Positions 53,844 to 64,000 of a stretch of DNA of 64,000 nucleotides are shown piece by piece. Every line of letters begins with the position of its first letter. The first letter of the stretch is position 1. A model generated the notes under the pieces. That model saw nothing but the letters and a program-made list of their open reading frames with translations. It was not told the origin of the DNA and did not search any database. A program made the translations under genes and the position numbers. This DNA comes from Auanema rhodensis (lineage: Eukaryota > Animalia > Nematoda): assembly GCA_964057225.1 (NCBI GenBank), contig OZ059896.1, positions 9,300,001-9,364,000 of the forward strand, in the 5' to 3' direction.

Positions 53844-55053
53844 TATTCGAATCTGCCGTATCCATCTGCTGGAAAAGCTTTTATATGGAAAATTTAAGCT
53901 CTTTTTTTCTGAAGCAATACAGCTTTTCCGCCCAGTTCAAGATTTCAGCAATCTAATGTCTCAGATGCTTTTTTTTTTCATTTTGATTCATTTCGATCCA
54001 ACAGCATTTAGGTGAAACTCAAAACATGTTGAAATCGTAATAAACTTATAATCATAGTGAAAGGACTAGTAAATTTATAAAAATGAATTATATTAAACAA
54101 ATTATTATAGAACAAAGACAATTTTTCTTTTTACATAACTAGACAAATTATTTTTTTTTTTTCAAAAAAAATTATTGTAAATGATTCACTATGATCTGGT
54201 TTTTTTTCTTATAATTGTTAAAGCTATTTCATTTATATTAATATTTTTAAATTTAAAATTCTTTCTTGTATTTCAACAAGCTGATTATCTATTCTATTCC
54301 ATCATTTTCCAATATCTTTCAACTTTTTTCCTGCTTTTTCTCTTTCATCTGTAGTCTGTACTATATAACAAAAACATTTTAAACAAGCATATCAGATTTG
54401 AATCTTCTATATAGAGACTGGTCTGAAATCTAGAAAAAAGACTTTCCAAGGGATATAAGTAACGCTAACGGCAACGACGAACTTGCCGTAGATGTGTGGG
54501 AAAAAGATTTCGTCTTTGATCATAATGAATGAAGATCACAATAAAATTAATTTTAACTAAACCATTTGAATTCTTGTTCTGATCTTATGATTAAGACAAT
54601 TCATGGAATGTTGACTTTACCTAAGAAAATTTTAATGAAAAAAAAAGGTAAAATGATTGTAATAAATTTTTGTTAACTATATGTTATATAGTATAACATA
54701 TAGATTATTTTAGAAATTTTAATTATTTTACTTTTATAGTATATATCTATATTTATTTTTCAAAAAATATATTTATAAATATAGTTTTTAAAGAAATTTA
54801 AAAATCTATGAAAGTATATAACTTCATATATATTATATTGGTTAAAGATCAATGATTGCAAACGTGATATAATTTCTTTTAATTAAAAAAAAACGTTTTC
54901 ATTGATATCATATGAGATCAAATAGGAAGCAGTTGGCTAATGACGTGATAACAGGTCACTGAAAAACTATTGAAACTCGAATTTGGAGCTTTTTTTTCTT
55001 CCAAACCATAGGTTTCAAATGGGAGTTAGGCGGACAAGTATACTGGCAGGTTG

Positions 55054-55061
55054 TATATAAA
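55054..55061 (+). promoter_or_regulatory. TATA box of the caenacin-like gene
   Basis: TATATAAA about 40 nt upstream of ATG 55098; GATA-type site TGATAA near 54946. Confidence 0.5.
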
Positions 55062-55097
55062 TGAAAATGTTTCAAACAAAGTTATAAAATTGCTAAA

Positions 55098-55393
55098 ATG
55101 AAGTATATCACGATTATTTTTGTTTTACTTGTCCTTGCTACTTCAAATGTTCATTGTAAGTTTTATTTAAGCTTTTATAAGTTTTTTTTTCAAATTATAT
55201 ATTATATATACTTATAGGCATACTTGGATTATTAGCAGCTGGCATGATGATGCGTCCCATGATGATGGGCTATGGTATGGGTTATCCTATGTATGGAGGA
55301 ATGGGATACGGAGGCATGGGCTACGGTGGAATGGGCTACGGTGGTATGGGCTACGGTGGAATGGGATATCCATATTATGGCAAAAAGAAGTAG
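55098..55393 (+). CDS. Caenacin/NLP-like Gly-Tyr-Met-rich secreted peptide (putative antimicrobial)
   Basis: MKYITIIFVLLVLATSNVHC/ILGLLAAGMMMRPMMMGYGMGYPMYGGMGYGGMGYGGMGYGGMGYGGMGYPYYGKKK*; one intron; C-terminal G-K amidation signal. Absent from the ORF track. Confidence 0.85.
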
Positions 55394-55549
55394 AAACAAA
55401 TAATAATAATGTAATTATGCATTGTTGTATAAACATGAATATGATGTAAAATAAGAAACAATTATTTGAAATGAAAATATTTTATTTATTATTATATTTT
55501 GAACAATATATATATAATTATATTTTATTTTATTTTAAATCTAAATATT

Positions 55550-55895
55550 TTAATATAAATATTCTTCTTTTTCTTCTTCTTTCAGCTTTTTGAGTAACTA
55601 GAACACAACAATTTTTACTTCTATACATATAATAATAAAAAGAAAATATTACCTTTTCTAAAAATTGAATTGTTAAAAATGGTTCTAATTGTTTAACAAT
55701 CCAATTTTCAAAATCATTACTTGATTCTGAATCGATTTCATCAATACTTGATTCCGGATCCACAATTGGTATGATAATTTGAATATCTTCCTTATCAGAT
55801 TCATTACTGACATCCGTTTCGAATATTTGATTCAAATTTTGTGTCGATACGCACATCAGAGTACAAAGTATAAAATAAGATGAAATTTTATTCAT
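55550..55895 (-). CDS. Small acidic secreted protein, 2 exons
   Basis: Signal-like MNKISSYFILCTLMCVST and an acidic body; an intron at ~55599-55652 joins FLEK/LLKKLKEEEKEEYLY*. Confidence 0.55.
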
Positions 55896-56671
55896 TTCTT
55901 TATGAAAATATTTTGAAATTTAGAATTAGTTTCAGATATTATAAGTTTGATATATCTTATATAGTAGTTTATATAGGTTTTTAATTGGATAGCACAGCTG
56001 AATTCAAGAGCTTATAATAGAATAGTCGTTCAGTTTAACAATATATTATTTGATTTTTCAAGTTATTATTGTTATATTACACTAATTTATTTTTTATTTA
56101 TTTATTTTTGTTCTCAAAATACATTATTATTATTTATTTGTTTATTTAATATTAATTAATAATAAAATAATATTAATATTTTAATTAACTTATTTATAAT
56201 CATATCATATATTATAATATTTGGTTGTATTATGTACTATATTGATAAATGCTTTATTATTATATTTGTTACTGATAAAATTAAAACGTATGATATGGGA
56301 ATACGACTTGTAACGTTAATTTCTTTCAATCTAAGTATTTATTAAGTATTTTTCTCTTCATTCTTAGTTCATTTCAACAAAACAATTCAAACATTTTCGT
56401 ATGAGAGATAGAGAGATTCATGAAAATACAAAGCAAATCAATAACCTTGTATTGATTGTTGTTGTTGTAAAAGATAGGTTAGATCTTCCTCTTTCTCTCT
56501 CCCTCTCTCAATCTCTCCCTCGCAATCTCTCTCTCTCTCTCTCTCTCTCTCATCTCTTAAACATCATGAGTGTTTTATATTCTTTTCTTTTCGCTTTTAA
56601 ATTTATATATGTATAGTTAGTAAAAAAAAAGATTTTTAATCTAATTATCGTTATTCAGATTTTAAATTCAA

Positions 56672-59600
56672 ATGCACTTACGAAGTAGAAAAACGGGCAA
56701 TGATTTCCAGAAAACATTGATCAATGACGATGATAACAATGACAAAATAGCTAAGAATGTATTTTTAATTAAAAATAAATATTTTAAAAATATTTGATTA
56801 TTATAGATTTTAGTGAAAGGATCAAAATTAAGATATACTTTAGCTATTTGTGCTTTTATCTGGATTTGTCTTACATTAGCTTGGTGTAATAGCTATACTG
56901 AGTAAGATAATTAACTATATTAATCTATGTGATTATAACATTTAATTATTATAATTATATGATTTTAATGATTTCAGTTCATATCCTCCTGTTCGTTCAA
57001 GTGATGATAAAACATTGTTCAGTGAAGAGCGTGCACGAAAATTTCTGAAACAAATAACTTCATTTGGTCCAAGGCCAACTGGATCATATGCAGCTGAGGT
57101 ATACACATTGATAAGTTGATTCAATGTTCAAAAACATAAAATTCATTGAAGAAGCAATCAGTTGATCTATTCCTTAGCACATTCGAAGAATTGGATAATA
57201 AATTCAAGAAAACTGATAAAAATCGATTGGAATACGATATACAGGTGATACAGTTACAACTTCAGTAATAGTTTATATCATACTTTAAACGATTATAGAG
57301 ACCATCAGACTGTTTTGATGTCAGTTTTAGAGGATATTTTACATTATGTTATTATAATGTAACAAATATTGGTAAATAATATAATTACTCTAACAAATAT
57401 ATATATTTCTATTATAGTGGCAAGAATTGGTCCAAAAAGTGGACCATCAAATCATGCTTTGATGCTTAATTGTCACTTTGATACTGTATTCGATTCTCCA
57501 GGAGCTACAGATGATGCGGTAATCTGATATTGTCATAAGAATTACTAATATTATAAATATATTATAGGTTTCATGTTCAATTATGATTGAATTAATGACA
57601 GTTTTAGCAAATTATCAAGAATCATTGAAATATGATGTAGTTTTTCTCTTTAATGGAGGTTTTAAATATTTTTTTTATTTTTAAAATATTATGTATATTC
57701 AAGCTGAGGAATACGGCTTACATGCTTCTCATGGATTCATCACTCAACACCCATGGAGACACTATATTCGAGCATTTATTAACTTGGAAGGTGCAGGTAG
57801 TAGTGGTAGAGAAGTGTTGTTTCAGGTTACATATATAACTTTCAAATTTTTCAAATTTTGTTTTTTGATGACTTCAGGCTGGACCAAAACACTCATGGCT
57901 ATTACATAGTTACTTGAAACATGCTCCATATCCATACTGCAGCGTTTTAGGACAAGAAGTTTTCCAATCTGGTATCATACCATCTGACACAGATTTCAGA
58001 ATTTTCCGTGATTTTGGTGGCTTATCAGGTAATGTGTGCTTTGACTCATCTTGAATACTCAATCTGATCGTAAACAGGACTGGATATAGCATATGTTGTA
58101 AACGGTTGGCTATATCATACAGAATTTGATAAAGAAGAAAAAATAGCCCATGGAGCTATACAAAGGTTTTTTTGATTTTTATTTTATTTTTCAAATAATA
58201 TAAAAATCTTAGAGCTGGTGATAATATCTATAGTATCATATTATCGGTTATGAATAGTCCATATTTGGAAGAACCATGGAAATATGAAGAATCAACAAAA
58301 TGGATATATTATGATATTCTTGGATTATTTACAATCTATTATTCAGTTAATATAGGTTATTTATTTTTATTATTTATCAATTTATATATTATTTTAGGAG
58401 AAATTATCAATTTCTTATTAGTTATTATTACATTGCTGATAATTGGATATCGAATTCGTTTCAATGTTTATAATGCAAAAGATATACTTGGAGCTCTTGC
58501 TAATCATGCTATAGTATTTGTAGTTATGTTACTTGGCCTTGTTGGAATCTGTTCAACTCTATACTTATTTGGATTATCACAAATTTGGTTTGTTATTATA
58601 TTATATATTATATATATATATAAAATAATAATTTTATATTTAATTATAATTTATAGGTGGAAAGAACCCAATTTTATTTATATCTTCTTTATTGTACCAT
58701 TAATTGTTATTGGTCATAAAGTACATACATTTTTGCAAAATGATTATGATGTAAGTTATATTATATTTTATTCCTTTTTTAAAATATTTTTTAAATTAAA
58801 AATGTTTGATTAAGGGTTCAAATTATTGGGCGAAACAAGACAAATATGTTGATAGCATAATGATTGTATTATCAGCATTCTTATGCTTTTTAACATTTAA
58901 AGGAATAGCTTCTGCATATGTTTTCTTTAATTTTCTTTTTGTTATAATATTGAGCCAATTTATAACAAAGCTTTTCGTTTGTAAAGGTATATATTTATAT
59001 TTTAAAATAATAATAATAATAATATATTTTAGATAATATTATTAATCGTTCCATTATTGGATTAATATGCTTATCACCAACTTTAATATATTTTTCTTAT
59101 GTTGTATTACAATTACTTCAACTGTATGTTCCGGTTACTGGAAGATCTGGCACCAAGCTTAATCCAATCTTTATTATTGGAGCTTTATCACTTTTAGCCG
59201 CTTATGTATATGTTATGTGTACTGTAAGTTTGAGTTTTCTATTTACTTTTTTTCTAATTTTTTTAAATTTTAGAGTTATATGGTATTGTTCAATGAAAAT
59301 TTCCATAAAATTAAAATGATGAAATATTTCTTAATTATATATTTCTTCCTTATATTATTCACATATAATAATATGAATTCACCATATAGTTATTCATATG
59401 AACATCCTCGGCTACGTCGTATGCTTGGAATTGTATGAAATTCTGTTGTTTCAAGTTTTTTTTTAAATCTTTCCTCATTTCAGCATACAGAAAGAACCAT
59501 TTTTAACATGAATAATGAGCTAATTAACGAAGAAAATGCTGTATTCATCCAAGGACTTGATTTCAAGTACAAGCAATATCATAATGTTTTTATAAAAATC

Positions 59601-60485
59601 TTTCAAACTTTTCAGTAACGTTCAAAATTTGCCTGATCATCCTGTATTCAAAAATGCCGTAACACCCGATTGTTCTAATATTTCAGACTCATATTGTAGA
59701 TTGCCATACTATAATTCTGTTTTTAACAGTTATCCACCACAGTAATCGTTTATTTATAATATTATTATTAAAATATATTTTTAGTGAAACATTATGGACT
59801 GAAATCGAAGGAAAACCTGAAATTTCTAAACGAATTAAGATGCAGTTATTTGATAAAAAAGTTGTTAATGATAGCCTTGTTGTCTGTAATTTTTCGGTAT
59901 ATTTTTCAATTAATTTGTTGTTGGAAAATGTTTGTTCTTTTCAGTTAATTGGTGAATTGGGAAGAGCTTCTTTACATATAACACCGTTACATGATTATGA
60001 ACTGTATGCATGGTCAATGAGTAAAATTGGTAAGTATTAAAGAAAAAATAATTCTCTTACTCTTCATCTTATATTATTTTAAATATTTTTATATTTAGAT
60101 TTGGATGTATATGGTAGACGACCAACTTATTTTGTAACATTAACGCAAGGAAGCAATGAAATAGTTGAAAGGACATTCAGTATTAGTCTTATTAAGGTTT
60201 TTAGAACTTAATATGTACTTCATTAGTATATTTTCTTGTAGAAAAATGGTGAATCTGCAAATTTAAATGATCCTGTTGTTGAAATAGCCTTCGTATCTTT
60301 ATTGGAATCACCTTTAAGTAGGAAACTATATTTATTGATAGTTCATCCATCATTATTATTTTCCAGATCCTAAAAAGAAATCTGTATTTGAGGAATTCAA
60401 ATACAGAGCTAGGGAAAGAACAAGTAATAACTGGGAAATGGCATACATATTTGCTGAATCACAAACTATTATAAGAACAATTTAA
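56672..60485 (+). CDS. ER metallopeptidase 1 (ERMP1/FXNA)-like M28 peptidase
   Basis: [22 protein letters not shown]...[53 protein letters not shown] and YHTEFD, followed by a multi-TM region. Confidence 0.93.
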
Positions 60486-62654
60486 ATGTGTTAATGTTTT
60501 AATAATGATTATAATAATTGATTTATATATAAATTATAATAAATTAAATATTTTTTTATTTTTTATATATGATTTTGAATATAATTTGATCATAATACAA
60601 CAATTATCTGAACAATCGATAGTTCTATCTATACCTTTCTGAGAGAAGTTCCTTAGATGCTAAGAACATCTTTTTCAATTTCATAGTTTCGATTTTTCGT
60701 CTTTGTCTAGTGTGTACTCCATGAGATAAACGTATATCAAGATATATTTCTATATATCTTTGTATCAAAAATTGATTTATAAATATATATTTATAAATAT
60801 TTATAAATATAAATATATATTTATATACTCTATGAGAATTTCTTGTCCAGATAAATGGACAGTAACAGCGTTTTGAACGTTCCTAATCATCTTATCGTTT
60901 TTGTTTCTTACATCAATCCATATGTTTTTTTTATTATTTTTGAACTGACATTGTCCATCTGCAAACTAGCAAGAGTATTTCCTTTTTTTTCTTCTCTGAT
61001 ATGTACCCATAATATCTGATTTCTGATTGATATCACAATGATTATATATCCCTTTCGCTGACCATTCTGAGTGCAACCTATATTTTCATATTTTCAAACT
61101 TTGCACCCATTTCTGCTTGTTCAGCTTTCGTTTTTCATATCATTTGTTTTTCGAAGAATTCGATCCTGTTTTCGTTTTTTTTTATGATTTTAACATGCCC
61201 TTCTATATCAGTTTTTTCTATTTAGATTTCATCATTTTCTAATCAAGTTCTATCTTTGTATATTTGAGTTCAATACTTCATTAGATTCTCATTAAGAAAT
61301 GCTAATATTGTCTCATTTACTTTGATAACATCAATAGCACCTCATAGATATGAGATTTGATTGCCTATGGCAGTAGATGACCGTGGCATATCAAAGAATT
61401 CCTGACTTTTTGATAATGATAGTAGCAGTAGATTATTGAAGTTTTATGATAATCTGAATGATTTGCCTTTTTTTGCTGTCTTTCATATCTTAAAAGGATA
61501 TATTATCCAAAAAGGTCATGATCTACTTTATTAGATTGGTTAGTAAAGAAAAGAAACCATTCTTCTTAGCTTCATACTCATTCATATCTTGTCTCTAACT
61601 AGTGGAGAGAAATATGAAATGTTCTTTTCTTCAGATAGTTGAAGAGAAATTATTTTGTATTTTAATATACATATAGTATCATTTAACAATTTTTTATATT
61701 ATTATTTCTTTTCAAATTCTTTTTTTTCCTTTTTCCATTAAAGATATGAGTAATAAGATTTCTTCGTCTTCTTTTTTTCTTTTTCTATTACTTATGAAGA
61801 ACTAAAAATGGAACTTCAATGTTCTATCCTTCCTTATTTATATGGTTCTACTGCTTACAACCTTTGATATAAGGACAGTGATACTGTGCAATGTCAACTG
61901 TCTATCTCATGATCTATTTAAGAAGCTATCAAATGAACATACATATTGCCAGAATAATTTCTGATCCGATAGTTCTAAAGCAGTCCGTATATGGTCCATT
62001 TGCGAATTCAGCCTATTCTTCTCATACACTGTTTATCATGTGTCGTTTTCCTTCTTTTCTATCTACCGTCTACTCCAACTGATGGGGCAACATTCACAAT
62101 TGCAAGTTGCTTCTATTCTCTCGTAACGAGAGAGTAATCCAGTCTAGTGTCCATTCTGCTTGATGCTGGCCTTCATCCACAACCTGCTATATCTTTTTCA
62201 TCATTTTCTGTATGTTCTCAGAAGATTACGAACAGTATCTTTACCATCTTTTTTGAGTAATGTTGTTTATTGTAATATCTTATCAATTAGTTTTGAATTA
62301 TTTTAATTGCATTATATGCATTTTCTAAAATATATATTATAGTAATATTATTATATAATGTAACATTATTATGGTCATTTTTTTTTAATTCTAATCTATC
62401 ATTGAAATTATATTCTTATCAAACTTTGAATACTAAAATGGAAAATTAAACTGACCCTATCATAAAATCGACAGACGGCATACTATTCTTATCCTGTTGG
62501 ACCCCAACGAACTGGTCATTCTGGCTTACTGCTTCATTCATCATTATCCCTGTTTCTTTTTTCTGATATCTCTGTTCAAGTTTCAAATTTTACGTAATAT
62601 TGCGCAATTTCTGTTATTTATTTGCCTTCAAACTTGATAAGCTTATTTCAGAAT

Positions 62655-64000
<1,346 letters not shown>

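Noticed and set aside
54677-54703. 12-bp inverted repeat CTATATGTTATA/TATAACATATAG
   Set aside because: Almost pure AT in low-complexity DNA; no TSD or other support.

Overview
AT-rich eukaryotic DNA from a nematode, most likely a rhabditid (clade V). This is inferred from the ~45-60 nt GT-AG introns with TTTTCAG/TTTTAG acceptors, a cuticle collagen and the htz-1/chat-1/wapl-1 neighbourhood. All gene models were built by manual splicing and translation; no database was searched. 1-20 kb is gene-dense: the exportin-4 3' end, a 2-TM orphan, a CYP33-like P450, a convergent pair of secreted Cys-rich paralogues, rsp-6 (SRSF3), chat-1 (CDC50), htz-1 (H2A.Z), wapl-1 and a Gln/Ala-rich orphan with a 42-unit (AQ/AH) tract. 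20-43 kb is a very AT-rich, microsatellite-rich desert that appears to be the 5' introns and regulatory region of that orphan. 43-64 kb holds two orphans, PGM3 with a FAR-like gene nested antisense in an intron, a collagen, a caenacin-like Gly/Tyr/Met peptide, a small acidic secreted protein, an ERMP1-like M28 peptidase and the 5' part of alh-13 (P5CS). The most notable observations are the heavily regulated poly(AQ) locus (giant intron, uORF/poison exon, clustered miRNA sites), two introns that seem to need non-AG acceptors, a hairpin over an alh-13 5' splice site, matching bulged hairpins between co-oriented genes, an intronic MITE and a CpG-decayed repeat.
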